Made by a program: the position numbers and the translations under genes. The notes under the pieces are model-generated. The model was given only the letters and a program-made list of their open reading frames with translations. It searched no databases and was not told the DNA's origin. A DNA stretch of 64,000 bases from NCBI GenBank assembly GCA_048128005.1, contig JBEUKZ010000113.1, forward strand, positions 1 through 64,000. The letters run 5' to 3'. The DNA is from Veleropilina oligotropha (Eukaryota). Below are positions 21,601 through 30,800 of the stretch, piece by piece (positions within the stretch are counted from its first letter, which is position 1; the number at the start of each line of letters is the position of its first letter).

Positions 21601-22487
21601 TAGACGCCGTAGACGACTGCAGTGACCGGGTACGCATTCTCGTAGTAGACTTTGTCGACCCCAGTGATAGCACCCGGCTTAGTGTCCTGAGAGATCTCAA
21701 AGACACCCTGGCCCTTCTTTCTCGCAGCCTTCACCGGGTCAAACTTGTCTTCGACCATCCAGTCGCCCTCACTCCATTCACGCAAGAACTTTATTCTAAG
21801 GACATACTCGCCCTTTGGAAGGGCTGTGAGGAGCTGTGCCGCCCTTGCATCTGTCATACGGGCATCCAGGGCCAGCCGTCCAGCCACTTCTATCCTCCAT
21901 GCGGAGAAGGCCGCCGCGGCGCCATCGACCTCAAACTCGTCTTTGGCGTCGCTCAAGAGTTCCACCCATGGCTCTTTTGCTGGGAGCCTTACTGGGGGAG
22001 GGACCTGGTCATCCAGGTCGATGAATCGTTGTCCCTCGGGTGTGGTAAATTGCCCTAGAAGATCCTTCTGGTAGTCCTGGGCTGTCCGGGGCGTTTTGGA
22101 GATGAGAAGATCGGGCCCCTTCCGAGCAATAGCATGGGCAAGGGTCTCTTTCCGAGACCGCTTGACGATTCGATCCGTGATGGCGCGAAGTGGCTTCAGT
22201 CGAATCCCCGGCGTTTTCTCAGCCTGGGATTCGTATTTACGAGCCTTCAGGGCGACGTCGACCTCGTCCTTAAGCTGCCGCAATTCGCGAGCACGACGGC
22301 CTCTTTTGTGGGGGTTCTCCACATCCCCACGTATGGAGGGGAACCTCCCCGTTTTCATCGCCCGCTCGAGTCTCCTCCGAAACTCCGCAGCACGGACCCT
22401 GGCGATTGCCCTGATGAGGTCATGCTTCTTGAGCTTCGACCGAGTGGGAATCCCATAATCTTTCGCTAAATTCCGCAGTTCATCCAT
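18660..22487 (-). CDS. Multidomain replicase: Rho-N-like HeH, OTU-like protease, divergent protein-primed PolB palm, SF1 helicase, HNH-like nuclease
   Basis: OTU-like DLNCV...CHNGHAW. PolB-like IDMKACYP, IIGKFTQ and VATDSIY. Helicase GGGGCGKT, IIWDE, GDQGQPPP, TIHSSQGLT and YLAVSR. C-terminal CAAC...SVDRVDNSRGH...NVRLTCLECN. Confidence 0.87.
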   Translation of the reverse strand: MDELRNLAKDYGIPTRSKLKKHDLIRAIARVRAAEFRRRLERAMKTGRFPSIRGDVENPHKRGRRARELRQLKDEVDVALKARKYESQAEKTPGIRLKPLRAITDRIVKRSRKETLAHAIARKGPDLLISKTPRTAQDYQKDLLGQFTTPEGQRFIDLDDQVPPPVRLPAKEPWVELLSDAKDEFEVDGAAAAFSAWRIEVAGRLALDARMTDARAAQLLTALPKGEYVLRIKFLREWSEGDWMVEDKFDPVKAARKKGQGVFEISQDTKPGAITGVDKVYYENAYPVTAVVYGVYPLREPNPANLVPMKNGDLNCVAQRVVEHIEGALRGNGLTPTRRRKIQEWEERVHVTGATVDDISILERILKRAIILRDIAGEDIYSSGKYQGWHRPVELICHNGHAWSKDLHFPQSREVHLYEGDVWEAIRQATHNEPLAVWLLSGTDRQLNVNQFVLQDGRTYRTKETHEILQEACTALGNESLADRAFGVNHAASIIAKENNGWKPTPASLLDDIQKACVENGHGGLWNSMGYDTGDICCIDMKACYPASFLGKGEAKPYFERFGHPLHSMTRVAINGPLPEDIGTGFAEVVEWEFAQDIHPVIPAWFGKHFAENGWAPTPLLAFLVDSGLLKSLKIREAIIAFKKQIDVWLPPIRDQGCSIIGKFTQGANADGKRLTRRLVIDQGELDFLVRDTRQSGTLVGAPQRCPMGHILTYYDGSQPQYAHLRASMLAYAHINLLSMLQRFSAAEAVRVATDSIYLKKASLEKLDDVTVYVAPQLCDCGEKSCISCLIGETYLPPVAPAQWRDKGEQLYMPQEHAAYLPKPEYCCAANSSQPSTAPCYNDTLTHHRLSYLNGGGGCGKTTRAIELFRARNPVVFTPTHRLAKEMRTRGVKAQTYHSFFRWSGQNDWTPDRMGQKFIPRVIIWDEVCTVPRPILEMFLDWLGRHEVQVICCGDQGQPPPITGEMPHDWLQQTADYYEEIEVDYRAKDDPALQALKRRIRLQPDKVQCDEMRRTLPSCLGWDRFVNTWKPRDLILTSRQKVRERAQQLLLQRHKEHFPDSLVPILYHPRDTRKQNIMVTIPGTDEREELVLNDVVEVTIDAAERAIQTTDWRLGYALTIHSSQGLTIHDPQKVWIIDDYLQWSNLAYLAVSRVVLLHQLERVTCPPDEGAEDRPPPQSKQQVRKTIQKKLVAYKRQDQAKGLPGFNLKVDDILQLKDAQNNLCAACNIELLWAYQPKDTQQFSVDRVDNSRGHIRDNVRLTCLECNRKRGSSSC

Positions 22488-22535
22488 GTTGCTGGGCGGG
22501 TATACACTACGCCAAGCATTCCTCTAATAGGAAAT

Positions 22536-22811
22536 TTACGTGTGGTAAATTACAGCCATGCGGAGAAACTCTCTCTCGAAGGCCCTTTTCTTTCGTCCCC
22601 AGTCCTTAACGTCCTCATTCCGATACCCACAACCCCGGCACAACATAAACCGGTTAAAGACGCCTTTGCCGCATTTGATGCAGGGCTTTGTGCCCCAGCC
22701 ATTTCGCCGTTGCCGAGCCAGATGGACTTTGCAATACTCGCTCAGACAGCTCTTACCGCATAGCTCCGTGGAGCTGATGGTAAGCCATTGACAGGTGTCA
22801 TAGCCCTTCAT
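22536..22811 (-). CDS. Small Cys/His-rich zinc-finger protein, subgenome A
   Basis: C..C..C..CxxH and CxxC..CxxC spacing is conserved with 31898-32191. Confidence 0.72.
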   Translation of the reverse strand: MKGYDTCQWLTISSTELCGKSCLSEYCKVHLARQRRNGWGTKPCIKCGKGVFNRFMLCRGCGYRNEDVKDWGRKKRAFEREFLRMAVIYHT

Positions 22812-22959
22812 CGTATCCTTTGCATTGGATATACCCGTCCGATGGGTATGTCTAAAAGAGAGCCCGGGCCGGCGAGGGTAACGGGCCGTCCCTACGGGCT
22901 CTTACTACATACTACTATATCGGCATGTTAGACGCTGTGTAGTTATACTTGAAATCAAC

Positions 22960-23133
22960 ATGCCGCAGAAAGACGTTCCCATGTTGCGCAGCGCGAAAAG
23001 TTCCCGCCGCAAGGCCCCTGCCAAGGCTCCTGCCAAGGCTCCTGCCAAGGCTCCTACCAAGACTCCTGCCAAGGCTCCTGCCAAGGCCCCTGCCAAGGCC
23101 CCTGCCAAGGCTCCTGCCAAACGTCGTCCCTAG
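22960..23133 (+). CDS. 57-aa histone-H1-like basic protein with a (KAPA)n repeat; not in the ORF track
   Basis: ATG at 22960 to TAG at 23133 reads MPQKDVPMLRSAKSSRRKAPAKAPAKAPAKAPTKTPAKAPAKAPAKAPAKAPAKRRP. Confidence 0.65.
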   Translation: MPQKDVPMLRSAKSSRRKAPAKAPAKAPAKAPTKTPAKAPAKAPAKAPAKAPAKRRP

Positions 23134-23194
23134 TCCCACCCCTGCTGTATACACACGGTGACTTTTTGTAATACACGCTATACCCTGGGGTCTG

Positions 23195-23332
23195 AAAGGG
23201 TGCTGGGAGCCTCCACAGCGGGCCCCGGGGCCCTAGTCTAAACTCCCCTGCTGACTAGTCCGAGCTACCCTGAGTTCTGAAATAGGGCTGGGAGCCGTAT
23301 TTTCCCATTCTAAAAAGTCCAATCACCCCCCC
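23195..23332. repeat. Internal divergent right-end/TIR-like sequence of subgenome A
   Basis: agttctgaaatagggctgggagcc (23273-23296) is identical to the right TIR core. A second gctgggagcc lies at 23202, and the segment ends in C7 at 23326-23332. Confidence 0.75.
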
Positions 23333-23335
23333 TGC

Positions 23336-24095
23336 TGCTCTTGGAGACTGTCTTGAGTACGAACTCACGTTCAATGATCACTCAAGGACGATCAGGGACA
23401 CCGATGACCCCAGTTCCAGCTACAGCATCGACAACATTAGCCTGGAGTATGACATGGTCACCCAGGTAGATCTGGCCATGCTGATTCGTAACCAGTACTC
23501 GGGCCGTATCGCCATCCTCTACGACCGTGTGCTCCGGTATCGTAAGCTCACCAGGGACAAGAGCGACACGCTGTGGAATCTGAACGTGAACGTTCCGGCG
23601 AGGTCCATGAAGGGGATCTTACTTCTGTTTGAGGATCACGCGAGAGACGCCGCACCATTTGCCAGGGACACTGAGGCCTTCTATAATCCGAAAATTACCT
23701 CGGTCGAGATCACCATTGAGGGGGTCCCGAACCAAATCTACAGCGCCGGCATGCGTTCCCAGCAGATGTGGGACGAAGCCAGGAAGCTGTTCGCCTCCAA
23801 CCCGATCAGCAAGCGGCATCCTGAGGTGGCGTTGGTTGCCAAATCCTTGGCTTTGGCAGACGTGACCCTGGGCCAGTTCTTAACGAAAAAGTTTGCCCTA
23901 TGGATCGACCTGCGGGTCACCGACGACGATCAGCTGCACGGGTCAGGCCGGAAGGTAGATAACGACAGTGAGGGTATCACTATCCAGATCACGAAAACAG
24001 GCGAGGCAGCCGGCCCGTTGAACGTTTATCAGTACGTCGTCATGGACGCGCAGCTGAACATCGAGAATTGCCGATTTGTCACAGCGCTGTACTAG
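23336..24095 (+). pseudogene. 5'-truncated major capsid protein, subgenome B
   Basis: Begins abruptly at ALGDCLEYELTF, equivalent to the middle of MCP-A, and is highly similar to it through to the stop codon. Confidence 0.88.
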
Positions 24096-24699
24096 ACGGT
24101 TTCCGCACCCCAAGGACCCCCACTCCGCGATCATCTGCGGCCAGACCGGCTGCGGGAAGACCTTGTTTATACTTGAACTGCTGAAAGGGGTCTATCGAGG
24201 GGTGTTCAGGCATATTGTGATCCTCTGCCCCACGATCAAGTTCAACAAGGCATACCAGTCCTGTCCGTGGATCTGGACTGACCCGGAGGTGTACATAATC
24301 CCCCCTGGTGAGCGACTCCATGACTGGTTGCGGGGGTTCTACCGGCTTTTCCAGGGGGAGTCGACTCTGTACATAATCGACGACTGCGCCGCCAGCAAAG
24401 CCCTCGCCAAAAAACGGGACATGCTGACTGAGCTGGCTTTTAGCGGAAGGCACGCCGCCCAGAGTGTATGGGTGGTGACGCAGAAGTACAACTCGGTCCT
24501 GAAGGAGCTAAGCGAACAAACCCGCTTTGTCATTTTGTTTCATTGCAAGGACCGCGACAGCTTCGAAGACTGTCTCCGCGAAAATGATGTAATCTCGTCG
24601 CAGGATGAGAGAACCGCAGTGCGCCGGCTGTTAGCCGAGACAAAACACGCCAAGCTTCTGTTGAAAACTGACCAGCCCGTTGCTTATATTGTGTTGTAG
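24067..24699 (+). CDS. A32-like packaging ATPase, subgenome B (start ATG apparently mutated)
   Basis: Same motifs as copy A. The position of the A-copy ATG reads ATT. Confidence 0.85.
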   Translation: MADLSQRCTRRFPHPKDPHSAIICGQTGCGKTLFILELLKGVYRGVFRHIVILCPTIKFNKAYQSCPWIWTDPEVYIIPPGERLHDWLRGFYRLFQGESTLYIIDDCAASKALAKKRDMLTELAFSGRHAAQSVWVVTQKYNSVLKELSEQTRFVILFHCKDRDSFEDCLRENDVISSQDERTAVRRLLAETKHAKLLLKTDQPVAYIVL

Positions 24700-24752
24700 C
24701 AGCTACTTGGCTAGCCCTAGCATCTACTTGGCACCTACTTAGTTAGCTAGGC

Positions 24753-25880
24753 ATGTCGGACGCGGTATACCTAGTCTTTGCTTGCAGCCAGAGCCTGATG
24801 TTGCTGCTACTCGTAACATTGTGGTACTGGATTTACAGTTATATTAGACCGGCGAGGCGATGTTGGAAACGCTTCAGGATGGACATCCTTCTCGATCAAC
24901 TCATGGACGACGAACAAGAAACGACCGTCACCGGCCCACCCCGCTCGACGACCGAACGCTGCTCGCAGCACGAGGAACCTGTCAGTGGCTCCACAGGGAT
25001 GACAAAGAAGCGGGAGAGGCTTGCCGCGTTAGCCATTGGAGGGCAGGCAGGCAAATACTTGGGGAGCAACCTGACAGTTGACCGGATCGACGCGATGACC
25101 GACGAAGAGATTGACAAGCACCATGCTCGGTACGAAGCGAGGTTAGGTGCGGAGATGACGAAGACTCTGGGGACTGCCGCTATACAGCTTTATGCGGGTG
25201 CAGCTGGGATGTTCTTGCCCATTCCACCGGAGAACCAACCACGTCTGGTCGCTGACCTCGAGGCCGACCCTTTCATCTCACATGCGCTCCGCGGTGCAAG
25301 CTGTGAGCTGTATTATAAGTATGGCATGTGGCTAGCGCCGCTGACCGCCGTGTTGACCACGGCTAAGCACTGCCGATTTGGACATGTTTGCCCTTCCAAA
25401 ACGATAATTATGACAACGCAGGAAGTGGACCAAATGATATCGAGCCCGCCGAGCCCGCCGATCCTTCGGGTGACTTCAACTTCGGGGAAGGACCCTAAAA
25501 AGGTGGCTGCAGGTCGGGCCGGTGCGGCTGCTCGGAAAGCCAAACAGGAGAAGCTACTTGAATCGGTTAGACAACTTAAAGAAGACGTGAGTGCCCGTGT
25601 TGTCGTTCCATCAGAACAGCTGGAGGTGCTGGAACAGCGGCCGGACAGTGGTAATAACCCGGCCGAGGTGACCGCGGTCGAAAAGTCGGCTACACGGAAA
25701 TCGGACCCATTTAATTGGACCCATGGACTCTTCGCTGCAGGCGGGGTTGCATTGTTATTTGTTGTCTGGAAACGCAGCAGTGGTTCCTCCACACCACATC
25801 AACAGCCACCAGCACAGGCGAGGCAGCCCCGGGCCACCACCGAATTGGAGACTAGGCCCAACCCTTTTGATATGCGATAG
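24753..25880 (+). CDS. In-frame fusion of the homologues of 15460-16200 and 16118-16638, subgenome B
   Basis: 375-aa ORF; CPSKTII runs directly into MTTQEVDQM...KDPKKVAAGRAG. Confidence 0.7.
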   Translation: MSDAVYLVFACSQSLMLLLLVTLWYWIYSYIRPARRCWKRFRMDILLDQLMDDEQETTVTGPPRSTTERCSQHEEPVSGSTGMTKKRERLAALAIGGQAGKYLGSNLTVDRIDAMTDEEIDKHHARYEARLGAEMTKTLGTAAIQLYAGAAGMFLPIPPENQPRLVADLEADPFISHALRGASCELYYKYGMWLAPLTAVLTTAKHCRFGHVCPSKTIIMTTQEVDQMISSPPSPPILRVTSTSGKDPKKVAAGRAGAAARKAKQEKLLESVRQLKEDVSARVVVPSEQLEVLEQRPDSGNNPAEVTAVEKSATRKSDPFNWTHGLFAAGGVALLFVVWKRSSGSSTPHQQPPAQARQPRATTELETRPNPFDMR

Positions 25881-25892
25881 TAGCAGTACAAC

Positions 25893-26132
25893 ATGACTAC
25901 CCCGATTACTGATGGAAAGATGCTCGGCAACGCCGTCTATCATTCGGCCATAGTGTCTGGCCTTGCCATCGGCTACGCACGCCTGGGAAAAATGGTATTC
26001 AAGGGGGCGAGCCCCAAGCTGGACTTCACTGGTTACGACGTGGGGATGGTCGTCCTCGACGTAGCGCTCGCCATGGCGACGAAGGACATGCTGATCAAGC
26101 AAGGCATCATTCCGGCCGACGTTTTGAAGTAG
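25893..26132 (+). CDS. Small hydrophobic protein (79 aa), subgenome B
   Basis: Near-identical to 16651-16890. Confidence 0.75.
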   Translation: MTTPITDGKMLGNAVYHSAIVSGLAIGYARLGKMVFKGASPKLDFTGYDVGMVVLDVALAMATKDMLIKQGIIPADVLK

Positions 26133-26162
26133 TGGGACCTGCTAGATAATCGCAGCATTTCA

Positions 26163-26591
26163 ATGGCTTCCATTGCGATGCTGGTTGGGGGCGCTCTCGT
26201 CAACGCCCTCGCCTTCAGCGGGTCAAACTTCCTGTTCTCGAAGCTACGCAGCTCCGGTGTCGACGAGGAGCGTAAACGCCACGACAAAGCCGTAGAGCAG
26301 CTCCAGGCCGCTCAGACTAAATGGTCCCAAAAGAGGGCAGAGCGTCTCGATTGGCTTAACGTTGAACTTCGCCGCCAGGGTCATGCCGTTGGCACATTCC
26401 GGGATGTTGACGCCGCGATCCGTGAGTATGCATTGATCACCGGCAAGAACCTCGACCCCGGTTTGGGGGGTGGCCCTGAGCCAACCCTGTCTGACTACTA
26501 CACGCCCAGCGATGACCAGAAAAAGCGTGAGATCACCTTCGTCATCCTGATGATGGCTGCGACTGTGTTGGTAGCCTACAAGCTCGCCTAA
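26163..26591 (+). CDS. Membrane-associated viral protein, subgenome B
   Basis: Homologue of 16922-17353. Confidence 0.75.
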   Translation: MASIAMLVGGALVNALAFSGSNFLFSKLRSSGVDEERKRHDKAVEQLQAAQTKWSQKRAERLDWLNVELRRQGHAVGTFRDVDAAIREYALITGKNLDPGLGGGPEPTLSDYYTPSDDQKKREITFVILMMAATVLVAYKLA

Positions 26592-26637
26592 GTGGTATTA
26601 TTTCCAGTGGACATTTTTTTCGCCGGGGGCACATATA

Positions 26638-26892
26638 ATGGGGCTCCCAGAAGAGCTGTACTGCGCCATGCTAGAGGTGGGCCTTGGTACTACGTCACTC
26701 GACTGCTGGCGGCGCAACGAAAAGACTATGGTGCGGTTCGCGGTCATGGTGCTCTCGGGCCCGACCAACCTACGGGCGACGACTGGGCAGCTGCCGGAGG
26801 CGGAGGCTGAAGCCTGTTGGAGACTGATCACGTTGCTGGAATACCTCGCAAGCCTCGATGGCAGCGAAGAGACAAAAGCCCCTGACGGCTAA
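26638..26892 (+). CDS. Viral hypothetical protein, subgenome B
   Basis: Homologue of 17395-17685. Confidence 0.6.
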   Translation: MGLPEELYCAMLEVGLGTTSLDCWRRNEKTMVRFAVMVLSGPTNLRATTGQLPEAEAEACWRLITLLEYLASLDGSEETKAPDG

Positions 26893-27840
26893 ATAACTCG
26901 ACGAAACCCTCCACAAGTACTACTACGCAGTTGGGGGGTTCCAGGGCGTCTCAGCTCTGCACTCAAGGCTTCCAAAAGGCGCAGCCTCAATAAAACGAAT
27001 AAGGGCATGGATCTCGGCACAGGAGGTTGGTCGGTACATGCAGACGAAACCCCCTAGAGAAGTCTTTGCCCGTTTCACAGAGGACAGGCCCGGTGTGATC
27101 CACCAGGCCGATCTTCTCTACCCCCCACATGACAAGGTCGGCAGTAAAACGTACAAGTATGCGTTGACCTTGGTCGACGTGGCCTCTCGCTACAAGGCGG
27201 CCAGACCACTAACATCGAAATCGGCCAGCGAGGTAGCTAAGGCGTTTGCTGACATCTACAAGACCAACCCGTCCCGCTTATCCTGGCCAAAAACGCTAAT
27301 GGTGGATGACGGGCACGAATTCAAGGGGGAAGTATCCACTCTTCTAGGGAAGCACGGAGTTGATATACGACGCGCAGAGCCGGGTCATCACCGATCGCAG
27401 GCATTTGTTGAGTCATTCAACCGCCGGCTGGCTGAACGACTATTCAGGAAGCAAGCGCATGAAGAGCTGAGCAGCGGCCGGGACAACCGCCAGTGGGTGT
27501 CCGTTCTTCCAGCTGTAGTAGCAGATATGAATGTGACGCCAGCACGACTAACTGGTCTTCCTCCAGCGAAGGCAGCCAACATGTCGCAGGTTCCGCTAGT
27601 GGCGACCAAACCACCCCCCCCCCCCCACAGGAAACGCTGTTACCGATTGGCATGATGGTCTACATCACCACAAACGAAGAAGACCCGAAAGATACCGGGC
27701 GCCGTCGCGCAACGGATCCATGGTGGACACATAAGCCCTACCCGATTCGCCATCGCGTATCGGAACCCCACCAACCCGCGCTCTACTACACGACATTCTC
27801 AAAGCATGGGTTCACAAGGTCGCAGCTGAGACCTGCCTAG
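26858..27840 (+). pseudogene. rve DDE integrase, subgenome B; nonsense codon at 26894-26896 and frameshift in the C-run near 27615-27626
   Basis: MAAKRQKPLTAK*LDETLHKYYY..., then HQADL, MVDDGHEF and FVESFNRRL. The C-terminal RRRATDP motif lies in the next frame. Confidence 0.88.
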
Positions 27841-30800
27841 TGCTTGTGTCGACGATTACAGGACAGGCATGTCAACCGGACGTTCCACTTGTAGTGACCC
27901 TGACTGGCATCCAGGCGGTCGATGCTGAACGTCTGCCCGTGGCATTTCGTGTAGCCCTGGAGAAGGAGAGTACGATGGCAGACCACACACTTCTTTTCTG
28001 CGGCGTCGATCATGTCGAGCACGTGATTGACGGTGAGCGTATGGTGTGCTCCCGTGTAGTGGGGCCGTTGCTTTTGGTGATCCTCAACCACGTAACGCTT
28101 GAGCCTTGCGGCGATGAGCTCTCGCGAAGGTGTGGCCTGCTGATCGGTGGGAGTTATATCACCCGGAGCGTCGTCAGGCGGCAGAACCCGTACAATCTGA
28201 TCCATCAACCGGGCCCGGTTCACTGCGGTGTATACGGCGTTGCTCACCCAACCACTCAGACCGTGGTCGACGATGTATAGGCGCCTCGGTGGTTGGATGG
28301 TCTTCCCTTGCACCCTATGCACCGTCCCCCACCCCGCATATTTCCACTCAAGCGGTAGCCCTTTCTCGACTAGTCCAAGGGGGACTTTGACGATGGTCCC
28401 TCGATAGGCCGGCACGATTTCTCGACTACCTGGTATCTGTATGGGCCGACCCTGCTTGCGGTACCGGTACGAGATGCTATCGTCTGGGTCGAATCGAATA
28501 TTAGCAGGAAGCCGGGGGTGTATCCTTCTGTGCTGCCGGAGCAGCTGGGTCTGGACCTGCGCTCCTAGAGCGTTCGTGGAGCAGATCCAGATGTCATCGG
28601 GCTTGGTGCGCTCTACAGCCTCTACGAACGGCGTTGCGGCCAACTGATCTCTGAAGACGTGGAGCTGTTGCTGGTCATTAGCGCACCACATCCGCGCCTT
28701 TACATCGTGCAAAGCCGATGTTGGCCCATGTTGACAGCGACAGCAGGACCACGGCTCGCCACACGCCTCGCACAGGCACCTATAGTCAGTGTCAAACCAC
28801 CGCAGGTTCTGGGACGAGGCCCAGTCTGCTAACATGTGGTGAGGGCCTTCTTTATCGCCCCGCGGTGGGATCTGTCCCATATCCCCGGTGCAGATGATTT
28901 GACACGTCCGCCGGGCGAGATACTCAAGGACGGTCATCAGGGTCTTCATGGGGATCTTGCAACATTCGTCAATTATGATAACTTCGGCTAGGTTGTCGAG
29001 TCGGTGTCCCAGGGCAGCCGGGTCCCAATCCTCGATCGGCTTGCCGACGGGTAGACATAGGTAGTGGTGGATCGTCTGGACCTGTGCATTCTCTAGACCA
29101 AGTCTCGGGTTGTTTCGGTGTTCTTGGGCGATATCGTTCTCAGGGGTGAGCACGACCAGCTTCCGGCCACGAAATGTCTGAACGGCCCACTCGGTTTTTC
29201 CACTGCCACCTTGACCTGCGAGGTATAAACGTCGCGAGGTGGCCGCGCTGATATCGGAAGGGAAAGGAGGGGCGTTCACCCCACCCGGGGGGGGGGGGGG
29301 CAAGTCGAGACGACCAACATGCTCTATCGTCCAAGCAGCAGCCTCTGGGCGCCACTCGTAACCCGGGGATTTGTGTCGCCACTGCCCATACCTAGGCTGG
29401 TCTGGGACCAGCATATGTTCGACCGAATCGGGCAGGCTCTTGACGTATATGGCATCGGTGCAGACACGAAGGAGATCCTCTCGTGGGAACCTTCGTAGCA
29501 TGCGGCGGAGGGCGATGTTCGTGTATGCGAGTACGAAGGCTCGGATGTGGAACCACTGCGCCCGCCATCTTCCGTCCTTGTACTGAATGAGGTGGACATT
29601 GCCGGCCTTCTCGAAGTTCAGGAGACGGTCGGTGCCGCCGAGCACATTGGCCAAGTAGGCGGCCTCGTTTGGATCGCGGACGAGGATGCTCGACTCATCA
29701 CCATGGCGAGCACACTTGCCAACGAAGCGTATGGCCAGGTCTCGTAATGGGAACTTGATAGCGGCCTTCATGCCGACGCTGTATACCACCTCGCGCGCGG
29801 TGACATCCACCAGATCACCAGAGTCAATTAAGTCTGCCAGCTCGGGGGTAGTGATCCAGCCCTGCTTCTCCCGTAGGTGCTCGCCTACGCGACCTACGGT
29901 ATAGGGGTGCGTCTCTGGGCTGAATTGCCACGCAGCGAGCTGCACCGCTCCTGTCAGGGAGAGGACGTCGTTCATGGGCACACCCTCGACGTTCGCTCGA
30001 CGCATCATACTCGTCGGGAACCCATACTGGCGCACCAGATATATGGACTCTCCGACCCCGCCACAGTGGGAGTCTTCGCAGCCAAGGTATGCTGCGCGCA
30101 TGTCGAGATGATGATGAACACTGGTGCCGGCGGCTTCGTCGTTAGAATTCCAGACCTTGGCCTCAACCTGAGCCGCTCTCCAGGTGTCCAGGTGACTTTC
30201 TGGCGTTGGCTTGATCTCCTCGCGGGCCAACCACTTCTGGAACCGGTACGACGTGGCCCCACCCATGGAGTGGGAAGCTCGGTGGTATTCCGCTTCGAGC
30301 TGCTTAAGTTCTTCGGGGATTTCGGAAGGATGTCAGTGCGTCTCGTCCTCGAAAGCGTGGTCAATAGCCATACCCTCGGCCCTCGACCTCCACAGGGAAC
30401 CATCGCTACCCACGAGAGCCTGTCCACATACCCAGACCCGGACCGTCGATGGGATGGCCCTGGTGGCAAATGCGATCAGAACCTCTCTGGTAATTTGGTC
30501 CATGGTCTTCTGGGCCGCAGTGGTCTTTGGGGCCGCAATGGTCTTCTGGGCTGCAGACGCAAGGGCCTGTTCTGCGATGTCGTCGAGACTGTACACCTGT
30601 AAGATCTTGGGTGGATCGATCGGGATGCTTGCCCATGCGTGGTTGTTATGGCACGGCACCTGAATCTTGGGACGGCTCTTGTGTTTGCCGCTATCCCATA
30701 AAGTGTTGCCTAACGCGTCGACGGCAACAAGCTTGACTTTGAGAGCCACTTCAAGGGAGAACATATCCTCGCATGTGCAGCCCCGGTCTGCAAGCTTCCG

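Noticed and set aside
18660..22487. Helitron RepHel interpretation of the helicase ORF
   Set aside because: No HUH/Y2 Rep motifs are visible, and the element has TIRs, a TSD, an integrase and capsid genes.
22859..22902. GC-rich stem agagcccg...cgggctct as a structured ncRNA
   Set aside because: The stem is only 8 bp and only one arm is retained in subgenome B, which is too little support.
22905..23161. ORFs reading (AGAL)n, (GRSL)n and (PRLL)n
   Set aside because: These are other frames of the 12-bp repeat. The KAPA frame has the ATG, the conserved upstream cassette and mostly synonymous variation.
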